This document shows, one piece after another, positions 1 through 13,285 of a stretch of DNA of 64,000 bases. Every line of letters starts with the position of its first letter. The stretch's first letter is position 1. The translations under genes were made by a program, and so were the position numbers. The notes below the pieces were generated by a model. That model ran no database searches. It was not told where the DNA came from and was given only the letters and a program-made list of their open reading frames with translations. Source of the DNA: the human T2T-CHM13v2.0 reference genome, Homo sapiens; NCBI RefSeq assembly GCF_009914755.1, contig NC_060948.1; one strand, 5' to 3'.

Positions 1-1259
1 GTATCCTGAGACTTTGCTGAAGTTGTTTATCAGCTTAAGAAGTTTTTGGGTTGAGAGGATGGGGTTTTTTAGATATATGATCATGTCATCTCCAAATAGA
101 GACAGTTTGACTTCCTCTCTATTTGAATACCCTTTTTTTCTTTCTGTTGCCTGACTGCCCTGTCCAGAACTTCCAATATTATGTTGAGTAAGAGTGGTGA
201 GAGAGGGCATGCTTGTCTTTTGCTGGTTTTCAGCTTTTGCCCATTCAGTATGATATTGCCTGTGGGTTTGTCATAAATGGCTCTTATTATTTTGAGGTAT
301 GTTTTATCCATACCTTGTTTATTGAGAGTTTTTAACATGAAAGGATGTTGAATTTTATCAAAGACTTTTTCTGCATCTATTGAGATAATCATGTGGTTTT
401 TGTCTTTAGTTCTGTTTGTGTAATGAATTACATTTATTGATTTGCGTATATTCAACAACCTTTACATCCCAGGGATGAAGCCGATTTGATCGTGGTGAAT
501 AAGCTTTCTGATACACTGCTGTATTTGGTTTGCCAGTATTTTATTGAAGATTTTTGCATTGATGTTCATCAGGGATATTGACCTGAAGTTTTCTTTTTTT
601 GGTTGTATCTCTGCCAGGTTTTGGTATCAGGATAATTCTGACTTCATAGACTTCATAGAATGAGGTGGGGAGAAGTTCCTCCTTTTCAATATTTTGTAAT
701 CATTTTGAAATAAATGGCACCAGCTCCTCTTTGTACCTCTGGTATAATTCAGCTGTAAATCCATCTGGTCCTGGACTTTTCTGTTTGTTTGTTTGTTTGG
801 TAGACTATTTATTACTGCCCCAATTTCAGAACTTGTTATTAGTCTATTCAGGGATTCAACTTCTTCCTGGTTCAGTTTTGGGAAGGAGTGTGTGTCCAGG
901 AATTTACCAATTTCTTCTAGATTTTCTAGTTTATTTGCATAAAGTTGTTTATAGTATTCTCTCATGTTTATTTGTATTTCTTTGGGGTCAGTTGTGATAT
1001 CCCCTTTATCATTCTTTATTGTGTCTATTTGATTCTTCCCTCTTTTCTCCTTGTTTGTCTAGCTAGTGGTTTATCTATTTTATTAATTTTTTCAAAAAAA
1101 TAGCTTCTGAATTTGTTGATTTTTTGAAGGGTTTTTGTGTCTCTATCTTTCTCAGTTCACTCTGATCTTGGTTATTTCTTGTCTTCTGCTAACTTGGGAA
1201 TTTGTTTGCTCTTGGTTCTCTAGTTATTTTAGTTGTGTTGTTAAGATGTCAATTTGAGG
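1..1259 (-). mobile_element. LINE-1 (primate L1PA/L1PB age) ORF2 fragment, 5'-truncated, continues beyond window start
   Basis: Minus-strand ORFs 81-458 ([24 protein letters not shown]...[14 protein letters not shown]) and 627-965 ([17 protein letters not shown]) are L1 ORF2 RT/linker peptides, broken by frameshifts. Confidence 0.95.
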
Positions 1260-1589
1260 CCACACACATTTTTGTCTGCATTTTCTTTATGGCACAGCAA
1301 GGAGAGGACAATACTTGCAAATCACGACAATTAAATTAAAGAAATTAGGCAATGTATTTAACTCCTGCATACACTTTTCTGGATCCTCTGAAACCTGGCC
1401 AAATTTTTTATTGTATAAAGCTAAATCACACATAGAAAATGACATATGTACTATAAATATTTCCCAATTTCCATCAGCTACCTCCCAGAGTGGACTCAGG
1501 TTTGATTTTAAAGGCTGATTAGGTGCCCCACTCCCAGTGGTACTGGTTGGGTTTACTTCCTTGGACAGAGGCTGGTATAGGCTGAGATG

Positions 1590-1910
1590 AATTAGATAAG
1601 GAGGAGGGGTGCCTGATAACCTTGGGATGGAATCCTTTATTTACATACTGGATATACCTCTCTCAGAATTGGTGAAATAAGTAGGCTACAGAGGGTGTAG
1701 GTCTTCTAGGGGGAACCACTAGGAGGGAATCCCTTGGGCATGACTTTCTGGTGTCTAAAATTAACAGGAGCCAGTATAAGGCCATAAAAGCCTGTACACA
1801 AGGGACCTCCTTCCATTTTCCTTTAAAAAAAAAAAAACAGAATAAGTCCAGTTGTAAAATAGCAGTATAATGTATAGAACCATGTTTAGGCCAAATCTCT
1901 TGGTTTTCTC
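1590..1910 (-). pseudogene. Degraded ERV1 gag (matrix and PPPY late domain)
   Basis: Reverse complement translates as ENQEIWPKHGSIHYTAILQLDLFC-(T-run frameshift)-KGKWKEVPCVQAFMAL, matching the HERV-W/HERV9-type MA motif WPxxGSxxYxTILQLDLFC...GKWxEVPYVQAF; CCTCCTCCTTAT (PPPY) at 1596-1607. Confidence 0.75.
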
Positions 1911-3378
1911 ATTTTTATTGGACCCAAGAGGTGTTGCAATAGAAAAGGAGTTTCTGTTTTCTAAGCTGAATTTCAAATGCTCTAATAACCTAAAATACAT
2001 GCTAGTGGTGAGTCCTCTGAAATACCTATCATTATTTCCATGTCTAACAAGGATTTCTACTTATCACAGAAGTTTTTCTAAGTCAAATGAGAGGAAAATC
2101 AACTTGGCTTTAATTATTTTTTTTTTAGATTGTCACTTCCTGCAGAGAAGGTGTAAATAATGTATTATGAAAGGGGTTACAAGCATTTGTCAGTGAATAA
2201 AATATGACAAAATAAGTATTTTTATTAAGCAAAATGTAGAAAGAAAAGTGTAAATCAAGTATAGGAAAATAAGTTGCTCTTATAAAAAATAATACCTTTA
2301 GGGCAGAATACAAGAAAAGGCAAACCCCTAGACTGGTTTTCTACCCTACAGTCTTAAAAGGAATGCCAATACTGAAAACACTGGAGCATCCAGGGGGCGG
2401 CTAATAATACCAAATGCTCAAAACTCAGAGTACCCAACTATTAGCCAGTAAGGGTTCCCAAACTAAATACCAGAAACCCCACAGTATCTAGGGGTTGAAA
2501 AATGCCAAAAACCCTGTAGCATCTGGGGGGTGGCCAACAGTGAACCCCAAAGGCCTAGCTGGGGACACAGAACAACGTGACCCTGGAATTCTATAGTCAA
2601 CACAACAGGGGATCTCTTAAAATAAATGGTCCTGACTTAAACATTGCCCAGGGAGTCAAAGCAAAATAATAATAATAATTTTTTAAAGGACTGCATACAA
2701 AACATACATTTTAGGACTGAAAATAAAATGGCTGGTAGAGCAATAAGATGCTGTCAGAGGAAAAAGGACCAGGGGAAGGGGTGATAAAGACATGGTTCCG
2801 GGCACCCAAAAAGGGACTTTTCGACTCGCCACCTAGCCAGAAGCTTTTATTCTCTAGCTTAACCAATATCGTGGTGGAAGAGCAGAGGGGAGATGCACCC
2901 ATCTGCAGGAGCCAAAATGGTGCTGACCAGTCTTCCACGTGTGACCTGGGTGAAGGTCTCTACAGGTTCCCTCAACTTGAGTGGGCTCAGGTGTCACATG
3001 GGGACAGACATGATGACTAGTGACCCATTGGCCTGATGGCCAGAATAGCAGGTCCCACATGAGGTGACAGTGTTATGGTTGCCTGTCCATTCACTCAGGT
3101 CTGCTGCCCACCAGGAAAGATGATGGCTCTTCAAAGAGACTTTGGCTAGTGTTACAGCTCTGGCACTGATTACCATCTCACCATCTCTTGTAAATCACTT
3201 CCTCTTGCTGTCTTGCTGTCCTACTGACCACCATCTCTCCATCTATCTCCAATTGCCACCTCTCTGCTATCTTTTTGCCTCTTTTCTGATCACTACTGGC
3301 TCACTGTCTCTCCACTGATCGCTGCTCTGTCTGTTGTCTCACTGCCATATTGGTCACTGCCTCTTTCTTGTCATCTTC

Positions 3379-3396
3379 ATCACTTCATGGTAGCCA
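3379..3396 (-). promoter_or_regulatory. Retroviral primer-binding site, tRNA-Arg-like (decayed)
   Basis: Minus strand reads TGGCTACCATGAAGTGAT two bases after the LTR terminal CA, resembling the ERV9-type PBS TGGCGACCACGAAGGGAC. Confidence 0.55.
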
Positions 3397-3398
3397 GA

Positions 3399-3926
3399 TG
3401 ATGCAGGACAGGCAAGCAACAAACCTGGGGCTTAGCTTGAGAGGGTTCTTGGCTTTGCCCAGGAAATAATTCAAGGTGAGGCAGTGGTATTAGATAGCAA
3501 TCTTTCTTGAACAGTACTGCTCATTATGGAGCAGGGCTAACTCACAGGCAGTGTGCCCAGAGTCAGCAATATATGGGCTCTTGACAACTGTAATTGTGCT
3601 CATGGAAACCCACTTACGATTACATGCAAATTAAGGGGTGGTCAATGCAAATTGAGGACCGGGTCATTTAGAATTTTCCAGGAAAGGTTTGGAACCTTCT
3701 AGGTAATTGCTATGGAAAGTGGTGGTAAGTTCTGAATTGTTGCCATGGCACTTGCAAACTGTGATGGCACTGGTGGGAGTGTCTTATGCTAATGAGCAAT
3801 GTGGACAGCTGGGGATTGCTTTCATCATCATCGTCTGTCAGTTTCTTCATTCTGGCTGGACAAGATTCCATTTTCATCAGGAGAGTTATGACCAGAAAAC
3901 AACTCTTTCTGGTAAATTACCTGACA
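3399..3926 (-). mobile_element. ERV1 5' LTR (MER66-like, subfamily uncertain)
   Basis: TG...CA termini, ~530 bp, adjoining PBS; recalled motifs GGGTTCTTGGCTTTGCCCAGGAAA and TTGCCATGGCA. Confidence 0.7.
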
Positions 3927-3954
3927 TCTAGAAAAATTGGAGGTAACAAAAATG

Positions 3955-4017
3955 GTGTGTGTGTGTGTGTGTATGTATATATATGTGTGTGTATATATAT
4001 ATATATATGTATATATA

Positions 4018-4080
<63 letters not shown>
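3955..4080. repeat. Compound (TG)n/(TA)n microsatellite
   Basis: 126 nt of uninterrupted purine/pyrimidine alternation, including a pure TA run at 4034-4076. Confidence 0.98.
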
Positions 4081-4094
4081 TGTTTAGCCATATA

Positions 4095-4434
4095 CAGCCA
4101 TGTGCTGTATGACAACATTTTCATCAAGGTCAGACTGATGTGGTAGCTTTCATAACATTGTAGCCCAACACAATGGGCTTATTCTGTTTATATTTATTCT
4201 GTTTAGATATCTTGCATACACAAATACCATTACATTACAATTGCCTACAGCATTCAATGCAGTAACCTGCTTACCAAGTTTGTAGACTAAGAGCTATACT
4301 AGATAGTCTAGATTTGTAGTAGACTGTATCATCTAGATTTATTTAAGTACACTCTATGATTTTTGCACAATGACAAAATCTCCTAATAACACATTTCTGA
4401 GAATGTATCCACATCATTAAGTGATGTATGACTA
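4095..4434 (+). mobile_element. Tigger3a/MER7-type Tc1-mariner MITE
   Basis: TA-flanked, CAGCCATG...ATGACTA terminal inverted repeats; internal TACAATTGCCTACAG and TAAGTACACTCTATGAT motifs of Tigger3. Confidence 0.8.
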
Positions 4435-4466
4435 TATATGTGTGTGTGTGTATGTGAGTTTACATA

Positions 4467-4796
4467 CAGACAATCCCAATTTAGAATCTTTTACCTTACA
4501 ATTTCTCAACTTTAAGATGTTGTGAAATCATCATAATTTCTACATGATGTACAATACTCTATAAATTAGATGAGATATTCAGCAGTTTATGATAAAACAG
4601 GCCTTATGTTAGATGATTATGCCCTACTGTGCACTAATGTAAATCTTCTGAACACATGTAAGGCAGCCTAGGCTAAGCTATGATGTTTAGTAGGTTTTGT
4701 GTATTAAAGAAATTTTTGACTGATATGACTTATAATGTTTTAAATTTATAATGGGTTTATTGGGACATAACCCCATAATAACTATAAGACCATCTC
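4467..4796 (-). mobile_element. MER47/Tigger5-type MITE
   Basis: Begins TA|CAGA; contains TAGGCTAAGCTATGATGTT and GGGTTTATTGGGACATAACCCCAT, matching the reverse complement of the MER47 consensus. Confidence 0.75.
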
Positions 4797-5124
4797 TCTA
4801 TCTCTCTCTCTCTCTCTTTGTGTGTGTGTGTATTTATGTATGTATGTGTTTACACACACATTTATATACATATGTAAATGTAAATATTATTAAATTGGCC
4901 ACTTGAAAAATTATTTTTTGCTCAATTTTCCCCGCATTACAATTTATATCCTATATGATCACATCAGTGTATTTGCATGTAAGTGTCTACGATGAAATTA
5001 AGATGTTTATCTTTACAGAGGTACATAATTTTATGAAGATTATTAAAGTGATGTTGAGACACTGCATCAATCAAAACCAAAGATATTTCAAAATTAAAAC
5101 CTCATTTAGAAGTCACATCATTTA

Positions 5125-5463
<339 letters not shown>

Positions 5464-6627
5464 TTACATCATTTAAAAGTTAAATTAACAATGTACAAAG
5501 ATAATTAAATATATATATTTTTAATAAATGATTTGAATATCAAAGTATTAAGAGAGTTGGAGATTTTGATTCAACTCACAAATATTATTGTAAAAATTGC
5601 CTTATATTTGCTCATTTTAAATGTTAAAAGTGAAGGGAAATATTTGTGTTTATATATCTTATAATTTTGTCAGAAAAAATGTTATAAAATTAACATTTCA
5701 TTTATTCTTAGTTTGTTTTAAGAATTATTACATAATTATAATTATGTCTTCAATGTTGTAAATATAATAATAAATTTATTTTCTCACCATGTTATAGGAA
5801 AGAATTCCATTAAAATATTTTTCAATATTTACTAAGAACATTTTATCATATTCACATTTCCTCGTTTTCCTCAATGTGATCCCGACCTTCATAAAGGATA
5901 TAGATCAACAACCTAAAACAAGCATTTTATTTAATGATGAAATATTATAGGCATTCATATTTACGTTAAGAACAAGACAAATATATCTGCTTTCAGTTCT
6001 ACAACTAGGATTATATTGGAGATCCTAGTGAATAAAAGACAAGTAAAAGGTATATACATTGGAAAAAATACAACAAGTTGTCATTATTTACAGACAATAA
6101 TCTGTTCATTGTATAACTCTAGGTAATTAAACTAATATACCAAAAAAATGAAATAATGATGAAGTTCAGCTATGTAGCTGAATATAAGCTCAACATATAA
6201 AGATACCTACCTATTTTTTCTGTATGCCAGTAATAAGCAATTTGAAAATATAACTGAAAAATAATTCTGTTTACAATATAGAACATAACTATAATACATC
6301 ATATGAATGAACTTAGCAATAAATATTTACAATTTTTACTTACCACACTTCAAAAAAGCACCTTAAATATATGTGCTTGTATATATAACAAATATGTTAA
6401 TGGATGACAAAACTCAACATTTCAAGTTTTTATCTTTTCCCAAATTATTTAAAAGTTCAGTGGGACTCCATTTCAAAATCTAAAACAATCTTCCATGGGA
6501 CGTGAGAAACTGATTGTAAAATATGTATGGAAAAGTAAATATACAACAGTAGCCAATAATATTTTGAAAACTTAAAGAAGAAAGGCCTGTCCTATCAATA
6601 TCAATGTATATTTTAAAGTTTTTAATT

Positions 6628-6830
6628 AATTCATTCATTTATCTGATTAACTTATATTTGAGTAACTATTATGTCTCACTCGAGATTCATTGTGAATGAA
6701 CTGACATTCTTCCCCCATGGAGCTTACATTCTAGTGGGAAGGATAAATAATGAACAATTAATAAAACAGCAAGTAAATATATAATATTCCATAGCACATT
6801 AAGTCCTATAAAGAAAAAAAAAAGGGGCAA
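6628..6830 (-). mobile_element. L2 3'-end fragment
   Basis: TTCATTCATT start and CATGGAGCTTACATTCTAGTGGG motif typical of the reverse L2 3' end. Confidence 0.6.
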
Positions 6831-7470
6831 GGAGCACTCTTATTATAGTAAAAACCATACTAATAGAAACAATGACCTAAGAACTTAATAAATAAATAAG
6901 TAGAACAAAATTGTTTAAAAAAATAGGCCAATGTGTTTATAAGGATTTTTCTATATTAAAGGTAAAATTTCAAGTCAATAAGGAAGGGACAGATTATTCA
7001 ATAAATGGCATGGTTAATTGGCTATATGCTTAGAAGGAATACAGTTAAAATCCTGTAGCTCAAAATAAATTTGTAAACAAATATTTGCAATGGAAATAAA
7101 AGACAAGATATTAGTATTCAGAATGAAAAAATTCTTGAAAATCAATTAGAAAAGGAATAGAATAATGAGTGAAAAAATATGTGCTGCATTGGCGAAAATG
7201 TGAGGAAGTAGGTGCTCTCACCTTATATGCAGCTAGTGAGAAGGTATTATAAATCGGTACAACCATTTTGAAGAACAATTTGGCTGTAGCTATTTAATAA
7301 TTATAATTGTTTTTGTTTGTTTTTATTTACCAAACTTCAATAAAACACACTAAAACTTTACCCGAGATCATTAAGGAACATCTGAAATAATACAAATATT
7401 TCACGTTAATGGGTGAAAAAACTAAACATTTAAGATTTTTATCTTAAATGCTGTTTTTGTCTTAAATATA

Positions 7471-7583
7471 GTGAGACAGGGTCTTACTATATTGCCCAGA
7501 CTTGTCTTGAACTGGACTCAAATAATCCTCCCACTTCAACTCCTGAGTAACTGCGACTACAGGCATGTGCCACAGTGCCTGTC
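7471..7583 (-). mobile_element. Free left Alu monomer (FLAM-like)
   Basis: GAGACAGGGTCTTACTATATTGCCCAG...CTACAGGCATGTGCCAC, single monomer length. Confidence 0.8.
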
Positions 7584-7829
7584 AATAATTGTAATATTTC
7601 GTTTGCTATTACCAAGCAATTGTACTTTGGGGTATCTATTCTAAAGAAACACTCACACAGGTGTTTAAGGAGGCAAGTACACTTATATTAATTCCTACAT
7701 AGTACAAGTGTTAGATTGAAAACAAATGCTACTATTTTCTATAATGTATTAACAAGCAAATAGGGAAATGTGGCTGAGGAATACACACAAAGATACACAC
7801 AACCATGCCTTCTAGTCAAAGTTCAAATT

Positions 7830-9665
7830 CATAACCTGAATTCAAGTAAATCCTGGTATTGTCTAACCCATTTACTCTCTCACTTTCCTAGTTGACTATT
7901 TCACACCCTTTGTCTGTCTCTTAAAACATTCAATATCATTTCCCTACCCTCTTATTCAGTTTGATTTTTAGCTAATTATCTTACATCCTGCATCATTGAG
8001 AAAAGAGAAGAAATCAAAAGAGAACTTCCACAGGATTATAAAATCATATATACCTTATAGCTGACCTACACCTATATACTTTGTTTTCTGTATTGTTAAT
8101 ATGGAGACCCTTAGCAAAGTCCAACTCCTCCATTTATGCACTTATCACCTTCCTTCTCACCTAGTAAAGACTATTTTTCAAGCAGTTATTACCCATAATG
8201 CATAACTACTTTTACTCCGGATTGCATTATTCATAACAGCATACATAGTATTTATCCAAACTTATCCAAAAAAAAAAAATTCTGACTGTAACCCAGTTTC
8301 GCTTTCAAATCCCCTTTACAAAAAAACTGCTTTCTTCAGATTCACCTGCTTCTTTTCCTCTCCTTCCATTCTCTCACAATGCACAACCAGTGATGTCTGT
8401 GCTCCTGGTGAAGATGTTTGTCTACCAAAGTGGTTCTTGACGAGCTCATAATTAACCTCCACATTGCTAAGTAAAGTGGTCAACCCTCAGTTCTTGTCCT
8501 ATTCCACTTTTTAAATTTGACTTTTGGGACACCACAATCTCTTCATTCACTTGGCATCTCATTGCAGTCTATCTTTCAGTCTTTTCCGCCTGTTTTCCTT
8601 TTTGTCTACACAACTTCAAAAGTTTAGAAGGCCTCAGCAATCAGTCTTCATAATTCTTTTCTCTATCTTTATTCCTTTTTTGTGTGGGCTCTTCTTCACC
8701 CATGGTTTTAAATACTATCCATATACTGATGACTCTGAAATGTATATCTGTAGCTTGGACCACACTCCTGAGATAAGAGTCTTACGTATCCAAATGCCTA
8801 CTTGATGTATGATCTGGGACATCTAATAGGCATCTCCAACTGAATACATCATAAATGGAGTCCAATCTTTGCAAAATAGGACCGGTAAATGGCAACTGCA
8901 AATCATTCAATTCATACTTGAGTCCTATTCATTTCTCAGATGGTTTGAGATACGATAGTCATTTCATCAGAAAATCCTATCGGTTCTGCCTTCAAAACAA
9001 ATTAATACTCGACCACTTTTGCTTCCACTTTCACTGCTAGTTCATACACCAGCATATCTTCTAGATTATTCCAATAGTTATCTAACTGACTTTCTGGTTT
9101 CTTTGCTCCCCCTCCCCCCACAGATATGTCTGCACATGTCACTCAAAGGGACCCTGTTAATATAGGTCAGATTCCACAACTCAAAAATCTCCCAATATTT
9201 TCCCCGCGCAATAAGAACAAAAAGTAAAGCTATTTTAAAATGGCTAAAACACTGTACATGTTCTCAGGCTTCCCACCATTCCCTGTCTACTTTCTCTGAT
9301 CTAGCTACTCTTTTTCTAAAATAAACGCCAAATCTGGAGAGTGTCTATATTCATTGCTCTTTTTGCCTGAAAATTGCTTACCCCCAATTTCAAGTGGCTA
9401 ATACCTTCACTTCTTTCAGGCCTCTAGCATTCTTTATCCATTTAACCTGCTTCAGTTTCTGTATTGCACATAATTACCATCAGATGGCTATATATATATA
9501 TATATAAAATTGTCTGTTAACCCCTCTAGAATGCAAGCCTCATGAAAGGCAATGTCTTTATCAGTGTTATGCATTGATGTATCTCCAGAACCTGAAACAT
9601 TCCTTGTAATAAAACAGGTGTTAATAAATATAAATTGGCTATATGAATGTATATATAAATGAAGT
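7830..9665 (+). mobile_element. L2 (L2a-like) fragment including 3' end
   Basis: Pyrimidine-rich body with CATGGTTTTAAATACTATCCATATACTGATGACTC, TCTAATAGGCATCTC and CTAGAATGCAAGCCTCATGAAAGGCA; terminal AATAAATAT...GAATG. Confidence 0.8.
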
Positions 9666-10784
9666 AATAGAAGGTAGAGGAATAAACAAAGCAATAAGAA
9701 AAGATAGAGCAGGAATACAACCTATTCTGTCATAAACGTTAGCTCAAAATGTAAGAAACTTTGCAGGCAAGATAGAGAAAGCCTAAGTTTTCCTTGCTTG
9801 TTTTTTTTTTTTTAATGGGAGAACTAAGAAAATGTATATACTAAGGAAAAGAGAAAATAAAAAAGAAGTTTAAGATTAGCATATAAATGGGGTCATTAAT
9901 AAAAGTTGGAGGTAAAGAGTTGGAACCAAATTTGGTGAAGACTTCATGCCTGGACTAGAAAAATATAATTAAAAAAACAAAAAGTTGGTACCTGTACATG
10001 AGATTAGTTTGTAGAGTAATGGACAAAAATGTAAGATAAATATTCCTCTATTGCCTCTACATTTCCTGTGCATTTGTGACAAATCATCTGAAGCCATTCA
10101 GTGTGGTGGAATGAGGAAAACAATACAAATTTTGAAAACCAATTATAAATAATGAGAAAGAAAGCATGGTACAAGCACATGTAAGTCTGAATGACAGCAC
10201 AAAAGAGTCATTTAATATTGGAAACTATGATGTCACAGGGGCCCAGAAGTGCTCAGAAGCTAGGGTGTAGGAAAAGAGAATTTGATGGTTGTATTAATAG
10301 AGAATTATTGACTTAAGGCACATGATGTTGAGAAAAGACAGTCAATAGGAATGGCAAGAGAATAACTAATATGATATATCTAAGATTTGGCTGGATATGA
10401 AACTTAGAGACTTTAGAGCCAAGGGTGGTTTTGAATGGTAAATGAGTGGAATAAAGTAATCAAGAGACTTGAGGTCATTTTGGAGCTGGGAGATCAGTTA
10501 TAGTGGGCAAAGGGACATTTCTTGAACATTGAATGAGTTTGCTAACTTGCAGTAAATGTACATGTTAGAAAAACATATCGTTTGTTGTTGCTTGAGGTCT
10601 AGTGGAATATAATCTCTTCTTAGCATGATCCACCACTTTCTTGCTTCCAGCTTCTCTATTGGCCTCTATTACTCTTTAGTGCTTCATATTATATAGATTT
10701 GTTGCTGATTCATGTCAGTTATGAAAAGAGGGGAAGGGGTAGTGAATATTGAAGACTTGGACCAACACTGAACTGTTTTAGCTG

Positions 10785-12200
10785 TTTTGTTTTATAGCAA
10801 CTTTGTGGAGATATGATTCATATATTATACAATTCAATGGCCTTTAGTACATTTGCAGAGTTGTACAACTTTTACCACTGTCTAACTAGAGAATATTTCA
10901 TTAACTCAAAAAGAAACCACGCAACCTTTAGTGATCATCCTCCAAATCTTTCCATCTACCCTATTCTTAGGCACACAATAATCTATATTTTGTCTCTATA
11001 TTTACCTATTTTAGATAGTTCACATAAGTAGAAACATACAATATGTGATCCCTTGTGCTACCCTTTCACTTAGCATAATGTTTTGAAGGATTATCCACAT
11101 TGTAGCATATATCAGCATGTCTTTCCCTCATATTGCTGAATAATATTCTATTGTGCTATGGCCTGAATGTTTGTGTCCCCAAAAAATACATACACTGAAG
11201 ACTAACCACCAAGGTGATAGCATTAAGAGGTGTGGCCTTTGGAAGGTGATTAGATCATGAGGGCTGAGCCCTCATAAATGGGATTAGTACCCCAATAAGA
11301 GAGGCCTGAGGGAGCTTGTTTGCCCTTTTCACCATGTGAAGACACAGCTTGAAGGCACTAAGAGGAAGCAAGACCTCACCAGACACTGCTGATATCCTAT
11401 ACTTGGACTTCTCAGTCTCCAGAACTGTGAGAAATAAACTTCTGTTGTGTATAAATTAAGAAGTCTAAGGCATTTTATTATAGCAGCCTGAATGAACTAA
11501 GAAATATTGTATGAATATACCATATTTTATTTGTCCATTTATCACTTGATGGACATTTGGGCTGTTTTCTATTTTTTATATAAATAATATAGCCATTAAT
11601 ATTTTATAAAGACTTTTGTGTGGAAAAATGTTTTAATTTCTTTTTGGTATACACTTTGGAATGGAATTGCTGAATTATATGTTACTACCTAAGGAACGAC
11701 CAGACTGTTTCCAAAGGGGCTGAACAATTTTACATTCCTGTCAGTAATGTATGAGAAATCCCATTTCTCTGCATCCTAGCCAACACTTGTTATTATCTGT
11801 CTTTTTAGTGACAAGCATCACAGTGTGTTTGAAGTAGTATCTCATTGTGGTTTGATTTTCATTTTCCTTACAGCTACTAATGTTGAGCATCTTTTCATGT
11901 GTGTATTTGTCCTTCCTATATCTTCTTTGGGTAAATGTCTATTCGATTCTTTGTCTTTTTACTGTAGAGTTATAAGAATTATATGTCCTAGCTACAAGTT
12001 CCTTTATATATATATGATTTGCAAAACTTTTTTCACTAGGTGGGTTGCCTTTTTACTTTCTTGAAGGAATTCTTTGAAGTTCAAAATTTTTAACTTTGAT
12101 GATGTCTAGTTTATGTATTATTGGTCCTTATGCACTTGATATCATATCTGAGAAACTAATGTGTAATCCAAGGTCACAAAGGTTTATGCTTGTGGGTTTT
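10785..12200 (-). mobile_element. L1MB-like 3' end, interrupted by MLT1A
   Basis: Reverse L1 3'UTR/ORF2-end motifs TTTCACTTAGCATAATGTTTT, GATGGACATTTGGG, TATCTCATTGTGGTTTGATT. Confidence 0.8.
11154..11504 (+). mobile_element. MaLR solo LTR (MLT1A/A0)
   Basis: TGCTATGGCCTGAATGTTTGTGTCCCC start, CCAGAACTGTGAGAAATAAA; 5-bp TSD TATTG at 11149-11153 and 11505-11509. Confidence 0.9.
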
Positions 12201-12389
12201 TTCCCCCTGAAAGTCGTTTATAAAATGAAGTTAGTATTAGGACCAAGAAGTATCCATTAGATGAAGACTTTCTGACAGCAATGTTCTAAAAGCAATTTTG
12301 ATTTTCTTTTAAGCTTATTCTGTTTCATCTTGTTTGTTTGATTGTTCGTTTTGATTGGAGGACAATGAAAGCTTGCATTGCTCTAACAA

Positions 12390-12560
12390 TGGATTATGCT
12401 AGTGTTAATACAGGGATCTTTAAAAGGTAAAATTAAGTGAAGGGAAAAAGCAAGAGACAAGGCAAAAAATGATTTTATTAAAAGCCTACGTGATGGAGGG
12501 GAGGCAGCATAAAGAGCAGAGCTGATTCTTAGCTCAGATAACATGTGAAATAAAAGTAGA
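12390..12560 (+). mobile_element. Possible ancient RTE-clade LINE (L4-like) 3' remnant
   Basis: With one frameshift translates GKI-EGKKQETRQKM, similar to the RTE C-terminal GKIEGKRxRGRQR motif; short and weak. Confidence 0.3.
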
Positions 12561-13230
12561 CGAGACATACAACAGATAGCAAAAAAACAGAGGATTAACA
12601 TAAGAGCAAGGAGAAACTTGGCTTAATGAAGTCAAAGAAGAATGAAACATAAACATAAAAAAGACTACCTGTAAGAAATATGATAAGTGGGTTATATGAG
12701 TTACTACTCTGGAAATCTTTGGGCAGCAAAGCTGTACCTTACCTTTCATTGCGCTCAATAAACATTGAACAATTAACCTATGTTCCAATATGATTAATAG
12801 GCAATTAAAAATTCATTTCTTATTTCTCTACGAGAACTATATTCCCTCTTAGTTTTCATAATCCTGGGTGTACTTCTTACTACTGGTTACTCTATTTATA
12901 CTTCTGTTAAATTTGCTGTCTTATCCTTAAAACTTATTAGCTATTGTTTATGAAATTTTTCAAAGGCTACTCAGCTATGTCAGAGCCGATACGCTTATTT
13001 GGTCTAAAAATGAAAATGCTAATTACCTTTTTTATAATATTTTAGAAGAAAATATTTTGACAACTATGCAGTTCATGATACAGAAACCAATCTAATGGAA
13101 AGAGGGTGAAGAGTAGTAAACAACTTGGGACAGAGGATTCCATTAATTGATTAATCAACAGTGATTAATTAATTGAGTTTTAAAAAGACATTTAATACTT
13201 TGCAAATTACCTGTGATTCATCACAATAGC

Positions 13231-13282
<52 letters not shown>
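13231..13282. repeat. (CA)n microsatellite
   Basis: About 52 nt of CA repeats with one AA interruption. Confidence 0.97.

Positions 13283-13285
<3 letters not shown>

Larger units (their letters stand above)
1260..3398 (-). mobile_element. ERV1-class internal region (leader plus degraded gag)
   Basis: Lies directly 3' (minus strand) of an LTR and PBS; contains a gag matrix-like peptide and a PPPY motif; degenerate short repeats in the leader (2330-2560). Confidence 0.75.
5890..7760 (+). mobile_element. Ancient L1M (L1ME-like) ORF2 remnants, interrupted by L2-like and FLAM segments
   Basis: A-rich degenerate ORF2 motifs (TTGTCATTATTTACAGA, TTATTCAATAAATGG, GGTACAACCATTTTG). Confidence 0.6.
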
